A stretch of DNA of 64,000 nucleotides from Candidatus Marinacidobacterales bacterium (GTDB lineage Bacteria > Acidobacteriota > Vicinamibacteria > Marinacidobacterales > SMYC01): assembly GCA_965237955.1 (NCBI GenBank), contig OZ250169.1, forward strand, positions 3,776,001 through 3,840,000, given 5' to 3'. The notes beneath the pieces are model-generated. The model worked only from the letters and a program-made list of their open reading frames with translations. It was not told the DNA's origin and searched no databases. The position numbers and the translations under genes were made by a program. Below, piece after piece: positions 50,949 through 61,800 of this stretch (within the stretch, counting starts at the first letter, position 1; every line of letters begins with the position of its first letter).

Positions 50949-53021
50949 ATGTTGAAGCGTTCGCTGATTGTAGCCTCTCTCGCCCTCTGCCTCGTGAGCC
51001 AAGCTACCGCCCAAACGAGCGGCAACCGGTTGACGCTTGAAGGGTACCTCGATTACGAGACCGTCGACGACCCCAGACTGTCTCCCGACGGAAGCCGCGT
51101 CGTCTACACGCGCCAGTGGTTCGACAAGCTGGCCGATCGGCAGCAATCGTCCGTCTGGATCGTGAACGCCGACGGCACCCGCAATCGCTTTCTGATCGAT
51201 GGCTCGAATGCTCGTTGGTCTCCCTCGGGCGACCGGTTGGCATTCGTCGCGCCTGGCGAGCCCAAGGGGCCACAAGTATTCGTACGCTGGATGGATGCAG
51301 AAGGGTCCGTCACTCAAATCACCCGCGTCGACCAATCCCCTTCCAACGTCGCATGGTCTCCGGACGGCACCAAGATAGCTTTCACCATGTTGGTAGAAAA
51401 GAAGAACGAGTGGCCCATCGATCTGCCGAAGCCGCCCCAAGGAGCCAAGTGGACCGAGTCCCCCAAGATCATCGAGCGGCTCGAATACCGCCGGGATGGT
51501 ATCGGCTATATCGATACAGGGTACCTTCACATCTTTGTCGTTGCCGCGGAAGGCGGCACACCGCGGCAGATCACTTCGGGCGACTACGACCACCCCGGGA
51601 GAGACCCTACTGCGAACAACAATCTGGCCTGGACGCCGGATAGCAAACAGATCCTCTTCAGCGGGCTCCGTGCCCAAGATGCCGACTATCAATGGCGGGA
51701 GTCCGAGATCTACGCGGTCGATGTCGCCACGAGCGAGGTGCATCGCCTCACCGATCGCAAAGGCCAAGATCAGACACCGAGAGTCTCGCCCGATGGAACG
51801 AAAGTCGCCTACAGGGGTTACGACTGGCACCGCGACTTTTATATGCACAAGATCTACGTCATGGACATCGACGGCCGGAATCCTCGACTGGTCTCCGGCG
51901 ATTGGGACCGTCGCTCGAAAGCCCTTTTCTGGGGAAGCGACAGCGACAGGCTCTACTTTACGGCCGAGAACGAAGGCAGCCGCAACCTTTACGCCCTTCC
52001 TCTGACCGGACCTAAGGCCAACAAAGTGGTGCCGGTGACGGAAGGTAACCATTGGGTCACGGTGTCCGAGATCAGTCCCAAAGGCCAGGCCGTTGCGGTT
52101 CGGACCGATTTCCATCGGCCGCAGGACGTCGTTCTCTTCGACGTTGCCCGAGCCGGAGCGATGAAGCAGCTGACGCACGTCAACGACGATATCCTCGAAG
52201 GCATCGATCTCGGGGAAGTGGAGGAGATCTGGTACGAAGCGCCGGACGGTGTTCGCGTCCAAGGCTGGTATATGACACCGCCGGATTTCGATGCGACGAA
52301 GACCTATCCCATGCAGCTTCACATCCACGGTGGCCCTCACGCCATGTACGGAGCACAGTTCAAATACAGCTGGCACGAGCACGCGGCCAACGATTACGTC
52401 ATCCTGTTTACCAACCCCCGAGGCAGCAGCGGTTATGGCAGCAAGTTTGGAAACTTGATCGCCGACGCCTACCCCGGCCCGGACTATCAGGATTTGATGG
52501 CCGGCGTCGACACAATGCTGGAAAAGGGCTTCGTCGACGAGCAGAATCTCTTCGTCACCGGCTGCAGCGGAGGGGGCACCCTCACGGCATGGGTCGTTAC
52601 CCAGACGGATCGATTCGCTGCAGCCTCTTCCAACTGCACCAGCGTGGATTGGATAAGCAAGCTGGGCAACACGGACATCGTCATATCATTCTATCGCTTC
52701 CCCAAGCTTCCCTGGGAAGATCCGACATTGTGGTTGAAGCACTCCCCCATCAATCACGTGGAGAACGTGAAGACACCGACGATGCTCATCACCGGAGAGG
52801 AAGACCTGAGAACGCCGGTCACCCAAGCTGAGCAGTTCTATCGGGCCTTGAAGTTCTTGAAAGTCCCGACAGCGCTTCTGCGCTACAAAGACCAGGCTCA
52901 CGGAACCGGGAGCCGTCCTTCCAACTTCATGAGGACTCAGCTCTATTTGCGCTACTGGTTCGACAAATACAAACGCCCATCGGGGCGGGCAACGGACCAT
53001 CAGAGTAACCGGGACCCTTGA
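50949..53021 (+). CDS. S9 family peptidase (acylaminoacyl/dipeptidyl peptidase-like) with beta-propeller
   Basis: Signal peptide; IHGGPH, NPRGSSGYG, GCSGGG, GEEDLRTP, QAHG. Confidence 0.93.
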   Translation: MLKRSLIVASLALCLVSQATAQTSGNRLTLEGYLDYETVDDPRLSPDGSRVVYTRQWFDKLADRQQSSVWIVNADGTRNRFLIDGSNARWSPSGDRLAFVAPGEPKGPQVFVRWMDAEGSVTQITRVDQSPSNVAWSPDGTKIAFTMLVEKKNEWPIDLPKPPQGAKWTESPKIIERLEYRRDGIGYIDTGYLHIFVVAAEGGTPRQITSGDYDHPGRDPTANNNLAWTPDSKQILFSGLRAQDADYQWRESEIYAVDVATSEVHRLTDRKGQDQTPRVSPDGTKVAYRGYDWHRDFYMHKIYVMDIDGRNPRLVSGDWDRRSKALFWGSDSDRLYFTAENEGSRNLYALPLTGPKANKVVPVTEGNHWVTVSEISPKGQAVAVRTDFHRPQDVVLFDVARAGAMKQLTHVNDDILEGIDLGEVEEIWYEAPDGVRVQGWYMTPPDFDATKTYPMQLHIHGGPHAMYGAQFKYSWHEHAANDYVILFTNPRGSSGYGSKFGNLIADAYPGPDYQDLMAGVDTMLEKGFVDEQNLFVTGCSGGGTLTAWVVTQTDRFAAASSNCTSVDWISKLGNTDIVISFYRFPKLPWEDPTLWLKHSPINHVENVKTPTMLITGEEDLRTPVTQAEQFYRALKFLKVPTALLRYKDQAHGTGSRPSNFMRTQLYLRYWFDKYKRPSGRATDHQSNRDP

Positions 53022-53149
53022 AAATGGGCGCGGCTTGAATTTATAGTGGATTGCATCCGCCCCTGAATTGTTGTGCAACAGCACGGCAGGAACCCAAGAA
53101 GGCCTTGTAGAGCTGACCCGAGGTAGTGGCAGAAGTGTGGGTGGTTGTG

Positions 53150-53340
53150 CGATTGTTCGATTCGTCTGGATCGGGTTTTTTTCGTCCGCGACGGGAAGAG
53201 CCACTCGGGATCGCCCCAGCCCTTGCGCATCGCGTGTTCGCGCAGCGCAGCGACGTGGCCGCGGAGGTGAGCGATGAGAGGTCGACCGTCCTGGCCTCGG
53301 CCGTCTTCGTCGACTTCACCTCGCGTGTCGAAAGTCCGAG
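53150..53340 (-). pseudogene. tyrosine integrase internal remnant
   Basis: REVKSTKTAEARTVDLS and KGWGDPEWLFPSRT in adjacent frames. Confidence 0.5.
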
Positions 53341-53639
53341 CCCCCCAAAGTACTCTTGCTCGAGGCCAAGCTCCTCGCTTCGCTGAAGCACGCCTTCATC
53401 GCCACCGAGAGCATGGCCGACGGGATGAGCGGAATTCGCCAATCACGCGTGGCCTGCTTACGAGCTAGGCTAGGGCTAGAAGCGGAACGGATGATTCGAG
53501 GCGAACCCGCTCGCGAGCGATCATTGCCTCCGATCGCACAGGACTTCTCAGCAGACGTTCGGCAGTGCGGGTCACGGTGCGGTCGAATATTGACGAGCGA
53601 CAGGATGCCGACCGACGGCAGGGATTGTCCCGACGCCGG

Positions 53640-53774
53640 CCATTGGAATAGATTAATAGGTACAACACCGTCAGAGATAGTTCGTACAGGGAAGACCAGC
53701 GAATTGAAGATGATGAGCGATACCGTGACGACCGGACGCGTTGCGGATTTGATGTTGTCTCGAAAAGGGATCAT
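53640..53774 (-). pseudogene. rhomboid protease N-terminal remnant
   Basis: MIPFRDNIKSATRPVVTVSLIIFNSLVF, frameshift, LYELS. Confidence 0.65.
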
Positions 53775-54975
53775 AGTTTCTCGCTGGGTCCTGGTAGGGC
53801 TTCTGGTCGTATCGTTCCTGTTGGTCGATGCTGGACGGGTGGCGGGTCAAACGATCGAAACGGTGGCTCTAGAAGCATTGTACAGTCTCGATTTTGACGT
53901 CGCCGAAGGAAAATTCCTGCAGCTGATAGAAGAGGATTCGACCAACCCGACTTACTGGAACCTGCTGGCGTCATCCATCTGGCTGAAGATCGTCTACCAG
54001 CAGGAGAAGATGAACCTGGTGGGCTACACAGGTTCCAGGCTCGGGACGAGCGACTCCGAGGACGCGGTCGACGCCGAAACCGAAGCCCGGCTTCGCCGCA
54101 CGCTGGCCCGGGCCATCGAAACGGGCGAGGCGACTCTGACGGATCATCCCAACGACATCGAGACGCTTTACGCGTTGGGGGTCGCTCACGGCACGCTCGC
54201 CGGCTTCGAGGCAACGGTCAAGCGTGCATACTTCAAAGCCCACGGGGAGGCGAAGAAGGCTCGCGAATACCACATGCGGGTTCTCGCGATCGATCCATCC
54301 TACAACGACGCCCGGCTGACGATCGGCACGTACGACTACACCCTGGGCGTGATCCCGGGTTTCGTCCGCTTTCTGCTCGGGTTCATCGGTATCCGGGGCG
54401 GTGACAAGGAGGGCGGTATCGAGCAGCTGGAATATGCCGCCCAACTCGGACGTCGAGCCAGCACGAACGCGAAGTTGGCGTTGGTCGTCGTCTACAAGGG
54501 CGAGAAGGAATACGATATGGCTCTCGCTGTTCTGAACGACCTGCATTCGCGCTACCCGAGGAACTTCCTCCTGGAACTGGTCCAGGGATCCGTCTACGAA
54601 CGCAAAGAAGAATGGGGCCGTGCGAGCGAAGTCTACCGTGCCGTCCTCGCTAAGATTCAGACTGGGCAGGATGATTACGACCGTCTCGAAGTCGACTCTG
54701 TGCTCTTCAAGATCGGTGAGATCAACGTTCACGGGTTCGAGACCGAAGGACTGAGCCTCGACGAGGCCGTGGATGCATTCGAGAAGGTCGTCACCAGCGA
54801 TGAGGCGGGCGACGACCTGAAGGGAAGGTCCCACCTGTGGATGGGGAAGATATTCGACTCCGGCAATCAGCGGGCCGAGGCGCTGGAGCAGTACAACGCC
54901 GTGCTCGTGCTGGATTGTGCCGACGACCTCAAGCGCGAAGCGAGAGACTACCGACGTCGGCCTTTCAAGGGTTGA
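53752..54975 (+). CDS. exported TPR protein (start uncertain)
   Basis: LYSLDFD.A, DPSYNDARLTIGTYDY, GDKEGGI.QLE.AA, YPRN; TPR-like helices. Confidence 0.75.
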   Translation: MLSRKGIIVSRWVLVGLLVVSFLLVDAGRVAGQTIETVALEALYSLDFDVAEGKFLQLIEEDSTNPTYWNLLASSIWLKIVYQQEKMNLVGYTGSRLGTSDSEDAVDAETEARLRRTLARAIETGEATLTDHPNDIETLYALGVAHGTLAGFEATVKRAYFKAHGEAKKAREYHMRVLAIDPSYNDARLTIGTYDYTLGVIPGFVRFLLGFIGIRGGDKEGGIEQLEYAAQLGRRASTNAKLALVVVYKGEKEYDMALAVLNDLHSRYPRNFLLELVQGSVYERKEEWGRASEVYRAVLAKIQTGQDDYDRLEVDSVLFKIGEINVHGFETEGLSLDEAVDAFEKVVTSDEAGDDLKGRSHLWMGKIFDSGNQRAEALEQYNAVLVLDCADDLKREARDYRRRPFKG

Positions 54976-55132
54976 ACGACAAGGCAAGGACAACGTCCTT
55001 ATCTTTCCGTCTGTAGAACGTAGCGATCGCCGCGACGGGCCAATCCGCTTTCGGGAAAGGCTGCTGAAATATTACTACCGGGAGGCCGCATGAGTTTTTT
55101 GACCACACGAGCATGGGATAAACTCTCTCTTC

Positions 55133-55792
55133 GTGGGAGAGCGAAAGAGCGCTTTTCGGGATACGGTCCTCGTTCTTGGCGCATTGCTCCTTGCCACCTG
55201 GGTGGCTCCCCGGTTCCCCGAATGGACCTCACGCTCTCAGGTGGCGCTCGGCACTCTGGGGCTTGGGTATGTGCTCTGGTCTGCACGACGGGACGGCGTT
55301 CGTCTCAGGTGGGTAGGACTGCGATTCGACAACCTGGCTGTTTCCACATCCATCTACGGGCTCAGCTCGGCCGCGCTTCTCTCTCCGATCTTGGTGAGAG
55401 CCCCCCTTCCGTCGAGCTTGCTCAGTGAAGTTCCCTCCTACTACGTCTTGGCGTTCTTCCAGCAGTTTCTCGTAACGGCCTGCTTTTGGAGGCATTTCCG
55501 GACCCTGTTGCGCCTGCCGCTCGAAGATGTAGCGGGCGCAGGCGGCGAAGGCTTCGCAGCCGCGCTCGGCGCGAGCGTTTTCGCCCTGGCCCACGCTCCC
55601 AATTGGGGCTTGATGGCCCTAGTGTTTCTGGGAGAGTCCTTCTGGCTGTTTCTCTTCGGCCGCTTCCGCAACCTGTTCGCCCTGTCCCTCGCCCACGCGG
55701 GGGCGGCTCTCGTGGTCAGCCACCTGCTCGTCCCATCCTGGTGGCTTCCGTCCATGAACGTGGGACTGGGGTTTTGGCGAGGCGTCCCATGA
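55133..55792 (+). CDS. CPBP (Abi/CAAX) family membrane protein, QQ variant
   Basis: FFQQFL, FALAH.PN, LAHA; multiple TM segments. Confidence 0.7.
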   Translation: MGERKSAFRDTVLVLGALLLATWVAPRFPEWTSRSQVALGTLGLGYVLWSARRDGVRLRWVGLRFDNLAVSTSIYGLSSAALLSPILVRAPLPSSLLSEVPSYYVLAFFQQFLVTACFWRHFRTLLRLPLEDVAGAGGEGFAAALGASVFALAHAPNWGLMALVFLGESFWLFLFGRFRNLFALSLAHAGAALVVSHLLVPSWWLPSMNVGLGFWRGVP

Positions 55793-56730
55793 GTGACGCC
55801 GTTGGCTCGGGCCTGGCGTTGGCCTTCACCCCCGCGGCCGCTCTTGGAATCGACAAGCCGGGTTTCGGCGTACCTCTGGTCGCGGCACTCGCGGCTATGT
55901 TCTTGCTGTTGCTTCCCTACTTCGTGTTTGCGGCGGGACACGTGCCCTCCGTCGGTCGGGCACAGGTCTGGTTTTGCGCGATGGCCCTGCTTTTTCCTTA
56001 CCTTGTATATGGCCTCGGCACGGGAGCCCTCGCCGGAGAGGCTTTCGCCCGCCTTCTAGCCTTCGTAACACTCCCGACGGCCATCCTCTTGCTTGCCCGA
56101 AGCGGCAAGACCCCGGGCTTTTGGGACGTCGTGGCGGTTCTGGCGATTTGGCTTCCTTTCGACTTTCGTCTCCTCGAGGGGATTTGGATCTGGCCGGAAG
56201 GACAGGGCTCCTACGGCTATCAGGTCGTGCTCGCCGTGGACCTGGCGGTCTTGCTGTTCGTCGGCTTTCGGGGCGTCGAAGGGGTCCGTTACTCCTTCCG
56301 GCTCGCTCGGGCGGATGCGGCACCGATTTTCGTGAACTTTCTCGTCTTATCCGCCATCGCGATCCCTCTAGGAATTCAAATCGGGTTTATCGCGTATCAA
56401 CCCAGGGCGTTCGATATGGTCGCATTCCTCGGATCGTTTCTCGTTATCTTGATCTTCATCGGCGTTCCCGAGGAGCTTCTCTTTCGAGGTTTGATTCAGA
56501 ACTTCCTGGAGAAACGGTGGGGGCGGGGTTGGCCGGCCCTTTTTGCGGCGGCAAGCATTTTCGGCGCCGCTCACCTCAACAACGGCGACGCGCCGAACTG
56601 GAAGTACGCATTCATGGCCACGATTGCGGGCGTGTTCTACGGCCGCGCCTTCCGACAATCCGGCGCGATTCTCGCCCCGGCCCTCGTTCACGCCCTGGTC
56701 GACGCCGTCTGGCGCGCCTTTTTTCGCTGA
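55789..56730 (+). CDS. CPBP (Abi/CAAX) intramembrane metalloprotease
   Basis: PEELLFRG, FGAAHLN, HALVD; ATGA overlap with the previous gene. Confidence 0.88.
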   Translation: MSDAVGSGLALAFTPAAALGIDKPGFGVPLVAALAAMFLLLLPYFVFAAGHVPSVGRAQVWFCAMALLFPYLVYGLGTGALAGEAFARLLAFVTLPTAILLLARSGKTPGFWDVVAVLAIWLPFDFRLLEGIWIWPEGQGSYGYQVVLAVDLAVLLFVGFRGVEGVRYSFRLARADAAPIFVNFLVLSAIAIPLGIQIGFIAYQPRAFDMVAFLGSFLVILIFIGVPEELLFRGLIQNFLEKRWGRGWPALFAAASIFGAAHLNNGDAPNWKYAFMATIAGVFYGRAFRQSGAILAPALVHALVDAVWRAFFR

Positions 56731-57290
56731 GCACTTCTGGGGGCGCATTCACGGCCTTTCGGCATCCTATTCCGCCGTATCCGCGATCTAACTATCGCCT
56801 ATTCCCGCTTGAACACCTCTTTTCGGCTACGATAGGACGTGTTTGTGCTGGGTTCGCGCAAGAAGCAACAGCTCGTCAGACAATTAAGTGATTCGTTCGC
56901 TGTTAGTTACAGCGGATGGTGTCGAATAATCTCCGAATCCGAATACCGCGTCCGAAACCGTTCGGTAAAGGCCGAAGGTCCGTCGAGCCCCACCTCTCTG
57001 CCGCTGCCATCCAGCCGAGGCTCTGCTTCCGGACGTGATCTCGCGCTCGCCCGGAGCGCGTCCCCGACACAGATGACAAAGCACAGGCTATTGAGATATT
57101 AAGTCCGAACGGATCGGTGATCCATGAAGCCAAAGGCTTTGCAGAAGCAGATCAATGGGGATCTTGCGAGAAGCGAATGCGAATGTCGCTGTCACCGGGG
57201 CGTTCCCGGAGGTGCGGCAGCATGTTGAGCGCGACGGATGACAAGCAGCAAGCAGATGACAGCAGAGTGGACCCAAGTGGAGTGCGTCGA

Positions 57291-58472
57291 ATGTTAAGAG
57301 GAATCTTGTCGGCTATAGCGTTTTGCTCCCTGTGCCTGCTTGCCGCAGCTGGGCTTCGAACCACATCGGAAGCGAGCGCTACCCAGGCCATTTCAAAACC
57401 GGTTCGTGTTACAACGTTAGCTCACTATGTCAATTGGTACAACGGCACGAATTTTCGTAACGCAACGACGGTTCCCGCCAATGGATTGGGTGAATACGAG
57501 TCAACCGATCCTTACGTGATCGCGTTCCACAAATCAACATTCTTGCAAAGAGGCAAGATACCCCTGATCTCATGGTGGGGTAGAGACGACAGCCGGGGGG
57601 ACGAATTCTTGGATACATTCTTCGCCGTTCCTCCGTTGAACCACCAAGGTGACGTTCAAGTGAGCTTGCTGTATGAAGCGAGAGGAATATTGCTCGAGGA
57701 GAACGAAGAAAAAGTCGATTTCAATCGACAAGAGACGAGGGCACGATTCGTTTCAGACATCATCCATCTAGACAGAAAATATTTCTCGAACCCGGAGCAT
57801 CACGACCGATTCTTCAAGATCGACGGCCGACCCGTCATTTTCGTTTGGTATTCACATGCTTTCCGAGGCCCGTTTCACGAGGCGGCGTCCGACGCTCGCA
57901 AGTACGCCGATTTCTACTTGATCGGGTCGAATTTCACGTTAAGAGGCAATCTTCTCGACGAATGGAAGCAGTTCATCCCCGCGTTCGACGCGATATCTGC
58001 CTACGGCGCCTATGACGAACATTTCTTGGCGGAATACGGAGGTCCAAACGAGAAGTATGTAAGTCAGTACTTCGCCGGAGCAGCTTTGTGGTCTCGATGG
58101 CTTGCAGAAAACGCTCCAGACACGGATTTAATCTTACCGATGTCTTTTGCATTCGACAATTCCAAATCCAACCAACCAACCATCGCATTCTATATGAACA
58201 CCGACGAAGCAACTCTCTTTGCAGAGAAGGTAAGACTGGCAATTGAATGCTCACTATCAGGAAACCCGATATTCGACAAGGTAATCCCGACAATCGTTTT
58301 TGCGTCCTTCAACGAGCATTTCGAGGGCACGCCTCTAGAACGCTCAACTCACTACGAAGACAAGGTCAGGCCGTACCAGGTTTACGGGGACATCTATCGC
58401 GACATTTTCTTGAGTCCGATAGCAGCTCGTACATACGTTGACCCGGCCAGATGTGAAGGTCTCCTCTACTAG
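57291..58472 (+). CDS. GH99/GH71-like glycoside hydrolase, exported
   Basis: AHYVNWY, LGEYESTD, ISWWG, IDGRPVIF, SFNEHFEGT.LE. Confidence 0.75.
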   Translation: MLRGILSAIAFCSLCLLAAAGLRTTSEASATQAISKPVRVTTLAHYVNWYNGTNFRNATTVPANGLGEYESTDPYVIAFHKSTFLQRGKIPLISWWGRDDSRGDEFLDTFFAVPPLNHQGDVQVSLLYEARGILLEENEEKVDFNRQETRARFVSDIIHLDRKYFSNPEHHDRFFKIDGRPVIFVWYSHAFRGPFHEAASDARKYADFYLIGSNFTLRGNLLDEWKQFIPAFDAISAYGAYDEHFLAEYGGPNEKYVSQYFAGAALWSRWLAENAPDTDLILPMSFAFDNSKSNQPTIAFYMNTDEATLFAEKVRLAIECSLSGNPIFDKVIPTIVFASFNEHFEGTPLERSTHYEDKVRPYQVYGDIYRDIFLSPIAARTYVDPARCEGLLY

Positions 58473-58499
58473 CAGACCGCTGCTCGCGTTTCGCGCTCA

Positions 58500-58640
58500 C
58501 ATCTGATTCCTTCGAAGGAGCCCGATGCTGGAATCCGCTAGATATCCGTCAAGCAGCGCGACTGGCGCACCCATCTGAGCGCTTTCGAAGAGTCGGTGGA
58601 CCGCGACACGCGGCTCATCGCCATCACGCTGGTGAGTCGA
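58500..58640 (+). pseudogene. possible class-V aminotransferase remnant
   Basis: SVKQRDWRTHLSAFEESVDRDTRLIAITLVS. Confidence 0.4.
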
Positions 58641-58662
58641 AGCGCTTGCCGGAGTCAAGAGC

Positions 58663-58680
58663 GATTCGTGCACCAAAGCC
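58663..58680. mobile_element. solo IS903-like terminal inverted repeat
   Basis: GATTCGTGCACCAAAGCC resembles the TIR at 49599-49615 and IS903-type GGCTTTG ends. Confidence 0.55.
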
Positions 58681-58822
58681 ATGGCGCTCCCGAGCTACCC
58701 GGATTAAACTTCCTCGCCGGTTATCCGGGAGCGAGCCCGGTTGATGGCCGAACGAGCGCGTGAACGAAGTGTGAGCGCGCGGTGATGGAGTTTCTTACCA
58801 ATTACGAATTGGAGGCGTTACC

Positions 58823-61800
58823 ATGCCGAACCTTCCCGGACGTCCGTTGGATTACGTGGCCGCCCTCGCGACGCTCTCGATCCTCCTGGCCCTGCCCGCG
58901 ACGACCGCCGCACAAGCTCGACTGGAGGTTTCCCCCGAGCACTATCAGAATCTCCGTTACCGCTACATCGGCCCGGTGGGGAACCGGGTGGCCTCCGTGG
59001 CGGGTGTACCCGGGGATCCGCTGACCTATTACGCCGGCGCCGCTTCCGGCGGCATCTGGAAGTCGGAGGACGGGGGCGAACACTGGCGCCCCGTCTTCGA
59101 CGACCAGCCCGACCACTCCATCGGGGCGCTCGCGGTGGCGCCGTCGGATCCTAAGATCGTCTGGGCGGGCACGGGCGAGACGCACATCCGCTCGAACGTC
59201 TCCCTCGGCACCGGCGTCTACAAGTCCACCGACGGCGGTGAGACGTGGCACCACATGGGTCTCGCCGGGCCGAGCCGCACCTCGCGGATCGTCATCCACC
59301 CGAAGAACACGGACATCGTCTACGTGGCAGCGCTGGGACACTCGCACGGCCCGCAGGCCGAGCGAGGAGTCTTCCGCACCAAGGACGGCGGTGAGACCTG
59401 GGAGCATGTGCTGTTCGTGGATGAGAACACGGGGGCCTCCAGCCTCGAGATGGATCTGAACAACCCCCGGATCCTCTTCGCGGGGATGTGGCAGATCGAG
59501 ATCCACACCTGGGGTAGCGAGAGCGGCGGAGCGGGCAGCGGGATCCACATGTCGCGAGATGGCGGCGACACCTGGACCAAGCTCGAGGGGAACGGTTTAC
59601 CAAAGCTGCCGGTGGGAAAGGTCGGCATATGCCTGACTCCCGCGGACTCGGATCGGGTCTACGTTTTGATTGAGACAGGCGACGGCGTGCCCTGGCATGG
59701 ACAGGAGACAGAGAGCGGCGAGCTATGGCGCTCGGACGACGGTGGCAAAAACTGGCAGCTCATAACCCACAACCGCAACCTGGGTGGGCGGACCCACTAC
59801 TACAACCACTGCTTCGTGACACCGGACGACCCGGATGAGGCTCTCTTCTTGACTGGCTCGATCATGCGCACGAAGGAGGGCGGGCGAACAGCCACGCCCC
59901 TCTCCGGGCGGCAGCGCCCTGGCAGCGACCACCACGATCTGTGGATCGATCCGACCAACGGGGACAGGATGATCGTCGGCAACGACTACGGTACGGCGGT
60001 TTCGGTGAACCGGGGCAAGACCTGGCACATCGTCCAGCTCCCCATTGCCCAGATGTACCACGTGACCGTGGACACCGCGATCCCTTACAACGTGTTGGGC
60101 AACCGGCAGGACGGTCCCTCGACGCGCGGTCCCAGCAGAAGCCTAATCCACCGTACGTTCCGTGGCACGGAAATGCCCCGGTTGGTGTGGCATGGAGTCG
60201 GCGGCGGCGAGAGCGGTTTCGCGACTGCGGATCCCACCGACCCGAACATCATTTGGTCGAGTGCCTCCGGCTCCGGCGCCGGGGGCGGGATCGTGGTCCG
60301 CTACAACGAGACTAACCGACTGTTCCGTCAGTTGGAGGTCTGGCCGGAGAGCACCAGGGGGTGGCCCGCCGCCGAGCTCAAGTACCGATTCCAATGGACC
60401 TTTCCCTTGCTCATCTCTCCCCATGACCACAAAACCATCTACGTCACCAGCCAGTATGTCCATCGAACCCAAAACGACGGACAGAGCTGGGAGATCCTCA
60501 GTCCGGATCTCACCACGAACGACAAGTCGAAGCAGGGTATCTCGGGTGGTCTGACGCCGCACAACGTCGGCGTCGAGTACTGCTGCGTGATCTACGCGTT
60601 CGATGAGTCGCCGGTTGAACAGGGCGTGCTCTGGGCCGGGACCAACGACGGACTGGTTCAGGTGAGTCGTGACGGCGGCCAAAACTGGACGAACGTCACG
60701 AACCGCATTCCGGATCTGCCACCGGACGGTGTGGTGCGGAGCATCGACGCATCCAGGTGGGATGCGGCGAAGGCCTATGTCGCCATCGAGCATCACCAGC
60801 AGGGCAACTTCGAGCCCCACGTGTACAAGACCGACAACTACGGAGAAGACTGGGAAAAGATCACGAACGGAATCGCGGATAGTCCCTTGAGCTACGCGCG
60901 CTCCATCCACGAGGATCCGGTGCGACCCGGGCTCCTCTACCTGGGTACCGAGAATGCGCTCTACGTCTCGTTCGACGACGGCGCGCGCTGGCAGTCGCTA
61001 CAAAACAACCTGCCAGCAGCACCCGTGTACGGGCTCGTGGTGCAGGAGCATTTCAACGATCTCGTCGTCGGTACTTACGGCCGGGGTTACTGGATCATGG
61101 ACGACATCACGCCGCTCCAGCAGCTCACCTCGGACGTGGCGTCCTCGGAAGCACACCTTTTCGACCCGCGGCCGGCCTACCGGTTTCGGCCGACCACCGG
61201 AGCCTCCATGAGGATGCGCTACGACCCGGCCTCGGGGGAGGAGCCGCCGGAAGGAGCCTCCATTCATTATTGGCTGTCTAAAGAGCCGGAGGGGCCCGAA
61301 GCGCCTGAAAGGAGTGTTCAACTCGAGATCAAAAACGCCGCGGGTGAGACGGTAAGAACGCTCGAGGGCACGAAGGACACCGGCATCAACCGCGTTTGGT
61401 GGGACTTCGAGGGCGAGCCGTCGACCCAGATCAAGCTCAGGACGAAACCGCTGTATGCCGACTGGGTCGATCTCGGCGACGAGCGTACGCGGCGCGCTTC
61501 GGTCCGCCGGATCTCCGTCCTGGAGCCCCCCGGCACGTATACCGTGACCCTCCAGGTGGGCGGCAAGGAGTACAGCCAGAAGCTCCAAGTCCTCAAGGAT
61601 CCGCACACCGAAGGGACGGCGGAGGACATCCGGGTTCAAACCGACATGGTGCGCGAGCTCCGGGACGATCTAAACAGGGCCGCCGAGGCCATCAACCGCA
61701 TCGAATGGATCCGCCGCCAGCTCTTGGATTTGAAAGAGGTGGTGACTGGGCTCGGTGACGCTGAGAGCGTCGTTTCGGACGCCGATGAGCTGTCCGGCTT

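Noticed and set aside
53022-53150. Possible tRNA/att remnant near the integrase fragment
   Set aside because: No T-loop GTTCRA or CCA end could be identified
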